Of a stretch of 64,000 nt of DNA, positions 1 to 13,214 are shown one piece after another. The stretch is taken from assembly GCF_902713615.1 (NCBI RefSeq), contig NC_052174.1, positions 10,782,514-10,846,513 on the forward strand, in the 5' to 3' direction. Position numbers and translations under genes: made by a program. Each line of letters begins with the position of its first letter. The first letter of the stretch is position 1. The notes beneath the pieces were generated by a model, which did not search any database, was not told the origin of the DNA, and worked only from the letters and a program-made list of their open reading frames with translations. Source of the DNA: Scyliorhinus canicula (lineage: Eukaryota).

Positions 1-46
1 AGGTGGACCTTGGGTTTATAAGTCCATGAGTTCAAAAGATGTATTC

Positions 47-478
47 ATAAGATATAGGAGCAGAATTAGGCCATTCAGCCCATCGAGTGTGCTCCGCCAT
101 TTGATCATGGCTGATCTCATCCAGGCCTCAACTTCACCGTCTTGCCCGTTTTCCATAACCCTTCAAACCATTATCAATTAAAAATCTGTCTAACTCCTCC
201 TTAAGTTTACTCACTGTCCCAGCATGCATCACACTCTGGGGTAGCGAATTCCACAGATTCATAACCCTTTGGGAGAAGCAGTTTCTCCTCAACTCCGTTT
301 AAAATTTGCTACCTCTTATCCTAGGACCATAACCACTTGTGCTGGAATGCCCCACATGAGGAAGCATTCGCTCATGGTTACTTTATCCATATCTTTTATC
401 ATCTTGTATACCTCAATTTGAGCCCCTGTCATTCTTCTAAACTCCAAAGAGTATAGGCCTAAACTGTTCAATCTCTGC
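47..478 (-). mobile_element. CR1/HER1 LINE 3' fragment
   Basis: RLNSLGLYSLEFRRM motif and CR1 3' UTR (ggccattcagcccatcgag). Confidence 0.85.
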
Positions 479-482
479 TTAT

Positions 483-805
483 GGGTGGCACAGTGGTTAG
501 CACTGCTGCTGCACAACTCCTGAGTCCTGAGTTCTATTTCGGCCCCAGGTCACTGTCTGCATGGAGTTTGCACTTTCTCGCCATGTCAGTGTGCGTTTCC
601 TCCGGGTGTTCCGGTTTCCTCCCACAGTCCAAAGATGGATTAGGTGGATTGGCCATGCTAAATTGCCCTTAGTGTCCAAAAGGTTAGGTTAGCTTACTGG
701 GTTACGGGGATAGGGTGGAGGCGTGGGCTTTAAGTAGGGTGGCCTCTCGAAGGGTCAGTCCTCGATGGGCCGAATAGTCCTTCTGCACAATAGGATTCTG
801 TGATT
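483..805 (+). mobile_element. HE1-type V-SINE
   Basis: tRNA-like head, V-domain gtttcctccgggtg..ccggtttcctcccacagtccaaaga, CR1-derived tail. Confidence 0.85.
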
Positions 806-859
806 CCATAATTCTAGCCCCTATTTCCTGAGAGACCAAAATTCTGTCGGTCCCACAGC

Positions 860-1500
860 CTTAGATAAATTCAACGATGGAGTACCCACGACCCTCTGGG
901 GAGGGAACATTCACAGCCCTTTGAATAAAGAAATTTCTCCTCATCTCAGTTCTATATGATCGACCCCTTATTCTGAGACAACCCTTGTTCTTGATTCGCC
1001 AGCCAACAGAAGCACCGATTCTATCGAGCCTCTTTGGAATCTTGTTTGTTTCAATGAGATCACCTGCTTTTTTTTTGATAAAGAAGTTTCTTCTGAATTC
1101 CCGATCGGATTTCCAGGTGACTATCTGACATGGATGGCCTCTTCCCCGCATTCTTCAATCTATTAAGAGCATGCACAATCTTATAGATCTCTGCTAGGTC
1201 TCATTCCCTCGATTTCAGGGAATATAGACCCAGTTTATCCGTCCCTTCATCGTAGGACAACCCCCTGATCCCAGGGGCCAATCTAATGAACCTTGGCTGT
1301 GCCGCCTCCATTGCAAGGATATCCTCCCTTAAACATGGGGACCAAACCTCCCCTCATATTCCAGGTGATGTCTCACCAACACATACACATTTGTAACAAA
1401 GCGTCTTTATTCTGTACCCCAGTCCCTTGACCTGAAGACCAATATTCCATGTTCCTTCCAAATTGCTGGCTGAACCTTCCTTCATTCCATGTACAAGTAC
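860..1500 (-). mobile_element. Degenerate CR1 3' fragment
   Basis: RTEMRRNFFIQRAVN and GDLIE motifs. Confidence 0.75.
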
Positions 1501-1529
1501 ACCCAAGTCTGTACGAACATCCATCTTTA

Positions 1530-1868
1530 CATAGAATTTATAGTTCAGAAGGAGGCCATTCGGCCCATCGAGTCTGCACCGGCTCTTGGAAAGAGCACCC
1601 TACCCCCTACCCAAGGTCAACACCTCCACCCTATCCCCATAACTCAGTAACCCCACCCAACACTAAGGGTAATTTTGGATACTAAGGGCAATTTATCACG
1701 GCCAATCCACCTAACCTGCACATCTTTGGACTGTGGGAGGAAATCGGAGCACCCGGAGGAAACCCACGCAGAGACGGGGAGGATGTGCAGACTCCGCACA
1801 GACAGTGACCCAAGCCGGGATTGAACCTGGGACCCTGGAGCTGTGAAGCGATTGTGCTATCCACAAGG
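1530..1868 (-). mobile_element. HE1-type V-SINE
   Basis: Reverse complement of the head/V-domain/tail pattern. Confidence 0.9.
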
Positions 1869-2107
1869 TCATGGGAAAGCATTTCTTAAAGGATTACAAG
1901 GATTATTAAACCGTACAGAAGGGTATTTAATGTATTCCGATGCAGGACCAGACCCCAACAGTGGCTCGGATACCAGATACCCCAATATCTTATTATAATT
2001 TTGTAAGACTTTGAGGAAAGGAACTAGGAAGTGCTGAGGGTTTTGGCCAAGGGTACAGGCTTGAAAGGCCGAAGGGCCTGTCCCTGTGCCGTATTGGTCT
2101 TTGATAC

Positions 2108-2362
2108 TGTAGTGATATCATGGTTGTGTTGTAATTCGCTGACTAACCGCTAGGAGTCTCATTAGTATATAAGTGAATGTTAGAGTCAGGCGACGTCAGG
2201 TTGACTAGGGAGCCGGAAGAGAGGCTGTTTGTGCATGTTCATACTGTTATTTATCTGTTGTTTGTATATATTTGCCCCACAGTTAATATTAATAATTGTT
2301 TATACAATTTAGCAACAAGTGTTCTTGTAATATAAATCAGGCCATCTGACAAGAACATTACA
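2108..2362 (+). mobile_element. Solo LTR
   Basis: TGTA...TACA ends, internal TATATAA, imperfect 5-bp TSD gatac/aatac. Confidence 0.65.
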
Positions 2363-3339
2363 AATACCTCGCTCCAGGAGTGATTTTATGCAAAAATAAG
2401 GATATGGTTTTTAAACCAAACTTTATTGCGAACACAGTATAAAAATATATTTAACATCATGCAAGACAATATCTTACAATGACTCCTGAAACAATGCTAA
2501 TCAATACAGTGACACAATAACTCAACTGCTATCTTTATTCCCACTGTATGTCCTTTTGAAGTTCTACATTGTTCTCTTCACAAGTTCACAATGCATCCAA
2601 GTTTTGTGTCATCAGCAAACTTTTAACTCTATATTGTGTTTATATTGGTACAGCAGCTTAAATTTATATGGTATCTTTAACTTTGAAGGGTATGTGGGCT
2701 CACGGCGAGTGGTGGGTTTGAGAGGAGGGTATTGGTGGTCATGAGTTGGCATGAGGAGATGATGCGGAGGGGGTAGTGGAGGTTGGTGGCTGTGGTTGAG
2801 GGACTGTGAGGAATGAGGGCTGGAAAGCCTAGAGCTGAATGACACGAGAGGGACCAAGTGGCAGAGGGCCGCGACGGGCCATCCAACCAGCTCGCTTTAA
2901 CACCCTGTAGCCCATGTGTCCACTATTGATTGGCAGGCCTGAGCTCAGCATGCATCCATGTTCCCTGTGCCCCTCCCCCCCCACCGCACCAAACAAGACC
3001 CCGGAATTTGAAGCATCCTTCCCTGAGCCCGGCGCAGTGCACTGGGAATTCTGCTCGCCTACTGAGCAGAAATCCTGACCATTACGTTAGATGGTCCAAG
3101 AATTAGGTTTCAATGAATGCCTTAAAGGGGAAAGTGAGGTAAAGAGAGACACACAGAGTATCAATGCGAGAATTCCATGGCAACAGGAGGCATGGCCACC
3201 AACGGCAAAGGGATTCAAATTTGGGATGCACAAGAGGCCAGAATGAGAGGAGCACCGATTTCTCCCAGGATTATCGGACTCGGCAGGTTACAGAAGCAGG
3301 GAGGGGCGAGATCATGAAGGGATCTGATAAAGATGAAAC

Positions 3340-3860
3340 TTTTAAAATAAAGACGAGACTGATATCAGGAACGGGCGGGTTGTCTGATGAGGGAAGGTTG
3401 GCGAGGTTGGGTTTGTATCTGCTGGGGTTTGAAGAGTGAGAGGCGACTCGATCACAACCTTTCAGATCCTGAGGGGGTGTTGACAGGGGGGGATGTAGAG
3501 AGGATGTTTCCTCTTGTGGGAGAATCTAGAACCGCGCCGGGGGGGGGTCACTGTTTAAAAATAAGGGGGTGGCCCCTTTAAGACGGAGATGAGGAGAAAT
3601 ATTTTCTCTCAGAGGGCGGAGTCTCTCGAACTCTCTTCCTCAAAAGGCCGCGGAGGCAGAATCTTGGAATATTTTTAAGGCAGAGCTGGAGAGATTCTCG
3701 ATTAACGGGGGGTGAAAGGTTATATCAGGTGAAAGGTTATCAGAGGGTCGGCAGGCATGTGGGACTGAGGTTATAATCAGATCAGCCATGATCGTATTGA
3801 ATGGGGGAACAGGATCAAGGGGCCGAGTGGCTTCATCCTGCTTCTAGTTTGTATGTTCAG
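3340..3860 (+). mobile_element. CR1 3' fragment
   Basis: EGRLARLGLY and DVERMFPLVGESRT motifs plus CR1 tail. Confidence 0.8.
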
Positions 3861-4506
3861 ATGTACGTGAGTGATACACTGCTTGACTAGGGAGTTGGTT
3901 CGCAATCATGGGGTGAGGGTGGTGGTAGGAGAACGGGGCTTGCCGACAGACAAGACATGGGCCAAAATTTTCCAGGCCTTTCATGCCGGCAGGAACGACC
4001 GATCCCGCCGACGGTGCCCCTAACAGCCCTCAACCCCGTCCCATGCTCCTCGGTGGCGGAGGGTGCTGGGAATGCGAAACCCTGCAGCCATCAACGGAAT
4101 GGAGGGTTGTCTCCTCCACTGGAACATACGCCACGGGGGACGCGAGTGAGGGAATAGAGAATCTCGTCACCAGCGAACGGCGCTCCTCCGAGAAACACCC
4201 ACTGGAGAATCCGCTCCATCGGCAATAAAAGACACGGTCCCCGCACCAGCAATTTGATTATCTTTGAGAAACAAACCCCTGCCCCGCTCTCCACCATTCT
4301 CCCCATTCACCCTCAGCTTCAAAAACCAAGAGACCCCCCCCCCCCACCCCGCTTGCCATCTTTGCTCCCCACATGTTCCAACTTTTGCAATTTGGTGACC
4401 TGATGCAATTATTCCAAATGTGGGAGCTCGCCTCGCTGTGACGTGGGTTCTCTCCTTCCTTCTGCACTGGCCTCTGTTTGATTGTTGGCCACGTTTTTAT
4501 TCACAG

Positions 4507-4587
4507 ATCCTTTGCCCTGCATGTTCTGCTGTACGGGCCGGGGGGAAAGGATGTTGCGGAGCCGGTTGCTGCGGGAACAGATGCCGG
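4507..4587 (+). CDS. TM4SF5: TM4SF5 internal exon (exon 2), ILCPACSAVRAGGKGCCGAGCCGNRCR
   Basis: ttcacag acceptor and gtaag donor; 81 nt, phase 0/0. Peptide is nearly identical to the recalled TM4SF5 segment AVRAGGKGCCGAGCCGNRCR. Exon 1 lies upstream of the window. Confidence 0.95.
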
Positions 4588-4689
4588 GTAAGACGTACTT
4601 TTGAACTGTCTCCGTTTAGCGTGTGACCGCTTCGCGAATGCCTGGTTGGTTCTCTGCTTTGAAAACATACTGCAATACATAAAAATAAA

Positions 4690-4890
4690 GACTTGCATTT
4701 ATATGGTGCCTTTCTTGACCATTGGATGCCTCGGAGAGCTTAGGAGCCAGTGAAGCGCTTTTTGAAGGCCAGTTGGTGTTGTAACCTGAGGTCAATTTGC
4801 ACACAGCAAGATCCCATGAACATCAACACCACAATGACCTGCTTTCATAATGCTAATGTGAGGGATAATCCATTGGCCCCAGGGAGATAT
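4690..4890 (-). mobile_element. Deu-domain SINE remnant (SacSINE1/AmnSINE-like 3' part)
   Basis: aagacttgcatttatatggtgcctt tail and tgcacacagcaagatccca. Confidence 0.55.
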
Positions 4891-4954
4891 TTCTGAAAAG
4901 AGGAATATGCTGCCGAAGCTTTTCACCGTACACTCATCAGGAGAAATTGCCACA

Positions 4955-5165
4955 TTTTAAACAATTGCAAGAAGTGACACGACGGGTGCTGATTTGCTGA
5001 CAGGTCGATTGGCCTTGGCAATGCCATGAGGGTGTACTCAACAACCCGCGCTCACAAACCCCCAAACAAAACGTCCACTGTTAGATGGGATTCCACAATT
5101 GGGCAGCACTTGTTGAACAATCCGAGTGTGCTAATAGCTGCACTAACAACTCAAAATATGCTCCA
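4955..5165 (+). mobile_element. Penelope-like remnant
   Basis: DSTIGQHLLNNP motif typical of the GIY-YIG C-terminus of Penelope elements; a second copy is at 10393-10680. Confidence 0.55.
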
Positions 5166-6379
5166 CTTTTACCAGCGAATCCAGTCCACGAGTTTACAAC
5201 AACCCTTCAGGATCCCTTTATCTCGAATGAATTCCACTGTTGCAAAAACTCTGAGACCAGCCAATACTGTCTTCCCATTACTGTTAAAATTAGTTTCACA
5301 AACTAAGGACATTCCAAACTTTAGGATTACTTCCAAAAACTTTAGGATTACTTTAGAAACTTTTAGAAGTCTAGCTTCTCACCAGCCAGTTCCTTCTCAG
5401 TTTTGCCTGTGATGGCCATGAACAATATCTTTTTCTATTTCCAGGTTTCTAGAACCAACCGTCCTTCAGTTTCTCTGGAGTTTGCTTTCTTGCACATTTC
5501 TCCATTGTACAACTTTTCCTCTTTGAGCAAAGTTGAGAGGCCTTTCCTCTCCAGCTTTCAACAGCAACTGTTCTCCCTCGCGACCTTCCGGCCTGGTGTG
5601 CAGCCCAGTGAGAGAAGGACGCAAGGGCACCATGTTTCAGCAGGAGGTTTCATAGTTTCCCTGGACCCGTTCAAAATGTATCAAATTTGTAGATCATGGC
5701 CTAGAAAAATATAAAAGCAGGGCTGACGCGACATCGTAGTCAAAACCGGCGTTGTAAATTCAAAACAGGATGACCACTTTTAAACGTCGTAAGTGCCGTA
5801 GGGCCGTTACCCAAAAGTCGCAAAGCCGACAACTGCCTTTATAAATATTGTGGCCTTATGGAGTCCGTGGATCACACGTACGAAAGGTGTTCTGGGTTTC
5901 TTGCAAAACCTCTCACTTCAGATTTGCTTGCACTTCAGTGCCACCCACCACACCCGGTGCGAAGAGGGGCGAGGAGAGAGGAGGGCTTTCCTGTGATCCT
6001 GCTCCTGGCCAAAGTTGCCTATTAACGAGTCCAGGCAATGGAAGGCAGACGGGGGGGGTCCCCTCCGGCCTGAAAGTCTGTCCCTCCTCCGTGGCCACGT
6101 TCGCAGCCGTGTCTCCTTGGAAGGGGAGCATGTGGTGTCTGCTGGCACGGTCGGGGCATCCCGTGCCCGGTGGGCAGCGCGGGGACCGGGGCATTTAACC
6201 CACCCCGTGAATCACATTTAGTTTGGGTGTTTTGAGCTTCCTTTGGTATTTGGTTTTTGTCTGTCGCAATAGCTCTGGAAGGAAGTACAAAAGAGTATCG
6301 TAGATGACGTATTCTCGCCTGTCTGCCAGTTGAACCTCTTTCGATCGACGTAGTTAACTCTATTTGCATTTGCTTGCAG

Positions 6380-6525
6380 ATGCTACGGTCTGTATTCTCT
6401 TCCGCCTTTGGTTGCCTGGGCGCCCTCTATTGTCTCAGCGTTTCATCTGCTGGTTTGGCAAATGGCCCACTGTGTGATATTGGCACTGGAGACTGGCAAT
6501 ACCCCTTCCAGAATTTGGAAACAAG
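6380..6525 (+). CDS. TM4SF5: TM4SF5 exon 3, [48 protein letters not shown]
   Basis: ttgcag acceptor and gtagg donor; 146 nt, ends in phase 2. Matches TM4SF5 TM3 segment [22 protein letters not shown]..GL.NGP.C. Confidence 0.95.
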
Positions 6526-7467
6526 GTAGGTCACAAATTCTGCCAGCCGAACCGTGTTTTGAAGTTTGTCTATTGATTCATTCCGGGCTACAATGATGCG
6601 GAAGGGAGCGGAACGGCGGAAGGTACGGGCAAAAAACGGAGGCTTGTAAAAAATACTTTCAAGGGATGCGGGCGCCGCTAGCAAGGCCAACATTTGGTGC
6701 CCGTCCCTAATTGCCCTTGGGAAGTTGGTGGTGGTGAGACGACTGTCTGAACCGCTGCAGCCCAAGTGCTGTAGGTACACCCGCTGTGCTGTCAGGGAGG
6801 GAGTTCCAGGATTTCGACCCAGCCATGACAAAGGGATGGCCGATAAATCTGCAACTAAAACCAAAGCAGAACTCTGATGGGTATCTGAAATGGATAAAAA
6901 ACAGGGGAAGTTAGAAATACTAAGCAGGTCTGGCAGCATCTGTGGAGAGAGAAATAGAAGCCGGAATTCTCATTCAATTGGGATTCTCTTTTGTCTCTCT
7001 CGGCACAGATGCTGCCAGACCTGCTGCGTATTTCCACCACTTTCCCCTCTTTCATAGAATGCCGAGTAGGGAAGGGAAGGGAACTTGCAAGCGGTGATGT
7101 TCCCCATGCAGCTGCTGCCTAGTCGCTGTGTGGACTGAGATGCTCATTCATTTGTTCCCCACTCCCGCTCCGAATGTTTCCAATCGTCACATTGCCCTGA
7201 GCTCAACGCACCCCGTCACCCGAGGGAAATTCAGCTCCTTCCTTCTCCTGTGTGGGAGATCTTGTGGCGCGGTGGGTAGCCTCCCTGCTTCTGAGCCGGG
7301 AGCTCCCGGTTCGACTCCCACCCCAGGACCCGATGGCCAAGGAAGGTACGTCCACAACACGGCCAAAAACAGATTGAGTGTCAACCTGCAAAACCCCTTC
7401 CCAACGCCCGCCAGTGGTTGGCTGGAAGAGCGGAAGAGATTCCGGGTCAGTCACGCTTGATGTGGAG

Positions 7468-7655
7468 GGGCTGGTTTAGCTCACTCAGCTAAATCGCTGG
7501 CTTTTAAAGCAGACCAAGCAGGCCAGCAGCACGGTTCGATTCCCATACCAGCCTCCCCGGACAGGCGCCGGAATGTGGCGACTAGGGGCTTTTCACAGTA
7601 ACTTCATTGAAGCCTACTCGTGACAATAAGCAATAAAATAAGAAAATAAGAATAA
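7468..7655 (+). mobile_element. Short tRNA-derived SINE (gggctggtttagctcac... family)
   Basis: A/B-box-like head (ggttcgattcc) and gtggcgactaggggcttttcacagtaac tail. Further copies at 13359-13540, 20368-20536, 28418-28595(-), 36250-36392, 50499-50690 and 62355-62537. Confidence 0.85.
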
Positions 7656-8099
7656 GAGTGGCGCCCCTCAAACTATGACCATCTGACAACTGACTAGCGA
7701 TCTCTTCCAGGGACAAAAATCCCCATGGGAACAGATGAAAGTCTGCCTTGTGCGCCACTAGGCAAACAGCAACCTCCCCTGTGTGCCTGGAATAGCGGTG
7801 GCATGAGTGGGCACTATTACCCACATAAGGGCTTCAATTGGCACAGGGTTGGAATTCTAGAGTTGGGTAATTGATTGAATTGTCCACCCCACTCTAACCC
7901 CAAAGCATTCGCCTGGGCCCCTGGATTACTCGTCCATTGGCATTAGCACTACACCACTTGCCCTCCCCCCACCATGTTTGTAAATAGGTAAGAGTGGTGG
8001 GAGGGCAGAACAGGATGTGAATGAGGGCATAAAATAATAATTTTTCACCCCCCTCCTCCCATGTGATGAAACTGATTGAAATCCACCTCTTTTCTCCAG

Positions 8100-8286
8100 C
8101 TACTTATCCAACCAAACTCTGTGGGAAATTTGCAAAAGTCCTCCCAACATCGTCATGTGGAATGTGGTCCTCTTCTCCATTTTACTGGTGTCCAGTGTGA
8201 TCGAACTGGTCTTCTGCGCGTTACAGGTCATCAATGGATGCATCGGGGTTTTCTGCGGAGATTGCCGGAAGAAAGGCAGGAAAGAT
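8100..8286 (+). CDS. TM4SF5: TM4SF5 exon 4, SYLSNQTLWEICKSPPNIVMWNVVLFSILLVSSVIELVFCALQVINGCIGVFCGDCRKKGRKD
   Basis: tttctccag acceptor, starts in phase 2 (compatible with exon 3), gtaagg donor. Contains L6-family WNVxLFS and the TM4SF5-type IGVFCGDCRKK end. Confidence 0.95.
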
Positions 8287-9949
8287 GTAAGGCCTTGTTT
8301 CACGTCATCAGCCTCGATCAGTCATTCTCTTCTCCAAGGGTTTTCACAATGTTACTTCTCCCACTATTCCAGTGCTAGGTCTAAGCTCCATCTTCAAAGG
8401 CACAGAGGGAGGCTGTTCAGCCCATTGGTTCAATGCTGGCACTCTGTAGAGCACCCCAGTCAATCCCGCTCCTTCTCATTCTATTCCTGCGGCCCTGGGC
8501 ATTTACTTCCCTCAGGTCTCTGTCCAATTTCCGTTTGACACAATACCGTGTCACCACCTCCACCACCTTGTCGACACCGAGTTCTAGGTCTTTACCACTC
8601 ACTGCTTCATAAACATTCTTCCCCACCCCCCCTCCCCCTCTGCATTTCTTGGCCCAATTCCTCAATCTGTGTCTCCCCGGGACCTTGTACCATCAGCCAA
8701 CGAGAGCAGCTTATCTTTGTCTACCTTGTCTAAACCTGTCACGATCTTGTACACCTCTTTCAAATCTCCCCTCAAGCTCCTTCGCTCCATGGAGGACAGC
8801 TCCAGCTTCTCCAACCCTAAACACGTAGTTCAAATCCATCATCCCTTGAACCATTCTGGTAAATCTCCCTCCGTCCCCTCTCCAGGAGCCTCACATCCTT
8901 CTCTGATGAAAGTAAGGATTTCAGATATATTATACCATAGGTATTGGGTGCAGTAAGAGTTAAAAGCTGGGGTTAGGGTGTGTATGACTGCTGCAGTACT
9001 GGTTCCAAAGAATACTGGTTTGAAAGATTTTGGGGAGCCAGGGGTGCAATTAAATCACTGTAAAAGCTTGGGCTGATGCAGTTTTGTTTGGATTAAGGGG
9101 GCTCCCTGTGGAGATAATTAGATTTCTGCTTGGTAAGATGATGTAATTACTGGGAGGAACTAAAGTGACGGGCATTTTGCAGGAAAGCAGTTTCGTTGAG
9201 CTTTAGATGAAGCTGTGAGCAGAAGTCAAGCATTTTTTTTCGCACTGTAGTTCAGTTAAAGACATGTCAGTAGATAGATTCATAGTTTCTTTCCAAGCAG
9301 TTCAGAATGTGTGATTGGAAGGTGAGCAACAGGGCAACCCCCTCACCTTCTGAACTGCTTGGATAGAAACTATGAATCTATCTACTGAAATAAGCTGAGA
9401 AGCAGCTTCTGAACAAATACATCCAGAGTTTCTGCAATGTTCTGACAGGAGTCAGATCTTTTCTTTTATAACAGTCTCAGAGAACATCTCTGTACAGCAG
9501 CTATTCCTGAGTGCTAACGGTATTTAAGAGAGAGCTGACCTTTTTTTGTTGTTGTTTGAGTGGGAATAAAGATAGCAGTTAAGGGTTTGGGTGCACATCC
9601 CTCCTTTGGACTCAATATCTCTATTCTGTTTCTTTATTCTGTTAACTGATGTGCGTGCCACTGGCAAGGCCAGTATTTGTTGCCCATCCCTAACTTCCCT
9701 TTCCTCTCGTCGCCATCGCTTGTTTGATCAATCACCTCAAATTGGTGCCATTTTGTTTCTTAGGTGCTCTTGAAATGAGTGGCTCATTCAGCTCTCAGCA
9801 ACAGGGCAACCCCCTCACCCTACCACCTTCCCACTGAAGCCCTGCACATGCCTCTCTTTGGATCATACTCGGGTACCCCTTTTAAAGCCTCAATTAAATC
9901 TCCCTTCACCACACTCTCAGGCAGCACATTCCAGACTAACCATCGGGTT

Positions 9950-11240
9950 ATAGCTGTTTACAGCATGGAAACAGGCCCTTTGGCCAAGCTTGTCCATGCC
10001 TCCCAGTTTCTATCACTAAGCTAGTCCCACTTGCCTGCATTTGGCTCATATCCCTCTATACCCACCCTGCCCATTTAACTGTCTAAATGTTTTTTAAAGA
10101 AAAAAATTGTACCCGCCTCTACCACTGCCTCTGGCAGCCCGTTCTAAATGCTCAGCACTGTCTGTATGAATAAATTTCCCCTCTGGTCTCTTTTGTATCT
10201 CTCCTCTCTCATCTTAAACCTATGCCCTCTAATTCTAGATTCCTCTACCTTTTGGAAAAGATGTTGACTTATACCCTGTACCTTATCTATACTCATTATT
10301 TTATCGACCTCTATAAGATCACCCCTCAGCCTCCTACGTTCCAGGGAAAAAAGTCCCAGTCTATCCAGCCTCTCCTTATAACTCAGACCATCATTTTAAA
10401 CAATCGTAAGTGACACGACGGGTGCTGATTTGCTGGCGGGTCGATTGGTGTTGGCATTGCCATGGGGGCGTACTGAACCAGCCCACGCTCGCAGACCGCC
10501 CAAACAAAACTTCCACTGTTAGATGGGATTCCGCAATTGGGCAGCATTTGTTGAACAATCCCTAGTGTGCCAATAGCGACACTAATAGCTCATAATGTGC
10601 CTCATTTATACATGCTCTAAGCGACATACATCCATACACAGGGACCAGTTCTCTGCAAACAAAAGGAATATGTTCAAGTGCTACGATCCCAGTTGATGTT
10701 ATAATTGGATGTAAAGATCCCAGGATAGAACCTAGGATCTAAAGACCATAATTGTTTTTTTATCAAACATGAAGGAACATATTCACATGACCACAAATTA
10801 GTTTTACTGACAAGAAAAATATTTATTAAACATGGAAAATTGGATTACGCTACAATATCCCATTATTCCCTCCTTAGCTGTTCACACAGATTTTAAAAAG
10901 TCCCAGTCTATCCAGCCTCTCCTTATAAATCAGACTACCAAGTCCTGGTAGCAATCTCGTTGTAGTAATCCACGGGAGGCAGGAGTTCAGTCACCACACC
11001 AATATTTATTTACAATAACGATATTACAGGAGCAGCTACAAACAGTGCTGCTAGCAGTCCAGTCAACTTAAGACTGGCTCACAAAGCCTACACAGGTGAT
11101 TATATGGGCCCCCTTAATGAGCTATCATTGAGGGAGCTCATACTCCAATTGGCCAACCAATAAAGCCAATTGGAGTTCATTACACTCGTAAATCTCTTCT
11201 GCACTCTTTCTAGTTTAACAATATCCTTCCTATAATAGGG
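9950..11240 (-). mobile_element. CR1 3' fragment interrupted by Penelope and LTR pieces
   Basis: PYYRKDIVKLERVQKRFT motif and CR1 tail; an ~40-bp segment is repeated at 10348-10390 and 10896-10938. Confidence 0.8.
10961..11184 (-). mobile_element. Solo LTR (224 bp) with perfect 5-bp TSD
   Basis: TGTA...TACA ends; TSD CTCGT at 10956-10960 and 11185-11189; AATAAA on the minus strand. Confidence 0.85.
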
Positions 11241-11429
11241 TGACCAATCGCTGCAGAAGAAAAGGTTTCGCTTCATTTCGCTGTTGCTTGCTTTACCCAG
11301 CCACCTTAAACTTGGTGCCCTCTCGTTCTCGATCCTCCTGCCAATGGGAACAGTCTGCCCCCCCCCCCCCCCTCTCTGTTTGGCTGGGACCCCACGTGTT
11401 TTTGACAAAAAAACGCCGAATCAGATTTC

Positions 11430-11750
11430 CCCGCCACATTCTGCTCATCAAGGGAAAGCAGCCCCAACCTCTCCAGTCTACGGATCTGACTGAAGTTCCT
11501 CACCCGATTCTCGTGAATATTGACGGAACCCTCTCTCTCTCTCTCTAAAGCCTTCACATCCTTTCTAAAGTGTTGCGCACAGAACTGGAAGTAATACTCC
11601 ATCTGAAGCTGAACCACTGTTCGAAAGCAGTGCATCAGAGGGTCATCACTTTTCTGCTCTCCCCCCAAACATAAAAACACAAGATTCTTGTATGCTTCAT
11701 TATTCGTGCTCTCAACCTGTTCTGCCGCCTGTAATAATTGAGGTGCCAGG
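11430..11750 (-). mobile_element. Old CR1 fragment
   Basis: MEYYFQFCAQHFRKDVKALE and RLERLGLLSL motifs. Confidence 0.7.
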
Positions 11751-12363
11751 CCCCTGTCCTCTTGAAGCACCTTTTAATTTTTGCGGCTACATTTGTGGCT
11801 GATTGTCCCTGGAGAGGGAGCATATGGTGACCATGGGTACTATCAAGGGCCTTATGTACCTGATGGGCACCGCAGGATCTGGGGTGATTTATTGACCCTT
11901 TTAATCCCATTTCACTTTGATGTCTTAAGTTTCAGTTGCTCTTTTTAAAAAAACTTATCACTGAGTTTGTTTCATTGGTTCATTCAAAATAGTCGGAGCC
12001 CCTTTCGAACTTTATCCTTTGTTTTGCATTGTTTATTTGCATTTTTCCAATCAGAATGGATCGCTACATCAAATTTCACCTGCCCCTTGTCCTCTCAAAC
12101 GTTTTCCCAATGTTTACAGAACTTTTATTTATAAATAGCAACATTGTGGGGATGTTCTTCTGTAGTCCTCAGCTACTCAAATGTTGAGCCTCGCTTTGAA
12201 CCCTGAGGTGGTGATCCAGGGGTGATACTCCCTCGAGGAATCTTTAACCAAAGTTCTGTCCCTCTCTCCTCTGTGTGTGGCTCAACGTGTGGCACCTTTT
12301 GCCTGTTGCCGTTTTGAATGCTCGCTTTCATTTTAAACCCCTGCTGTTTGTTTTTTATTGCAG

Positions 12364-12378
12364 GATGACGATTTGTGA
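12364..12378 (+). CDS. TM4SF5: Probable TM4SF5 terminal coding exon (DDDL*)
   Basis: Strong polypyrimidine tract and acceptor (tgtttgttttttattgcag), then GAT GAC GAT TTG TGA in phase 0. TM4SF5 ends with a very short coding exon, but five codons cannot prove homology. Confidence 0.55.
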   Translation, partial: DDDL

Positions 12379-12616
12379 AGGTGCTGGGCCCGAAGCGGTG
12401 ATGAGAAGATAGTTCCTGCTGTAGATTGGTCTGATTTGACATGCCCTTCTGATCCTAGCCAATTGCTTTCTGTTTGGCCTCTCTTCTGTCCCACCTCTCT
12501 CTCCCTCTCTCCCTGTTTTCATTCTTATAGCAGTGACTATGTGGCACTTAATTAGCTCTCAAGAAATTTAGGACGACCCGAGGATGGGAACGGCCCTATA
12601 TAAATGCAAGGCTTTC

Positions 12617-12960
12617 TGGGTGGCACGCTGGCACAGCGGTTAGCACTGCTGTCTCACAGTGCTGAGGACCCAGATTCAATTCCGGCCTCCGATGACTGTG
12701 TGTGTGGAGTTTGTACCTTCTCCCCCCATCTCTGCGTGGGTTTCTTCCGGGTGCTCCGGTTTCCTCCCACAGTCCAAAGATGTGCAGGTCAGGTGGATTG
12801 GCCACGCTAAATCCCCTTTAGTGTCAACAAATGTGCAGGTTAGGTGGGGTTATCGGCATTGGGCAGGGCAGGGGAGTGGGCCTAGGCCGTGGGCTTTTTC
12901 AGAGGGTCGGTGCGGACACGATGGGCCGAGTGTCCTCCTTCTGTACTGTAGGGATCTATG
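12617..12960 (+). mobile_element. HE1-type V-SINE
   Basis: Full head/V-domain/tail pattern. Confidence 0.85.
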
Positions 12961-13214
12961 GAAGGATGACCAGCTCCTATGACATACAATAAGGGACACT
13001 TCGGCCTTGGACCTGGCCAGTGGGGAATTGAGTGTGGTGGTGAGGCCGCTGATAACCATAAGGTTGTGGGCGGCAGATTGGAGTGTTAGAGAGAGGAGGG
13101 GTTGTGGAAAGCATGGTACCAGGCTTGGGTTGGGGGTGAGTTTCATCATGGGTGGGGGATGGGAAGGGCTGGGTAGGGTGATGTTGAGACCATAATCGTG
13201 GGTGGCGATTAAAA

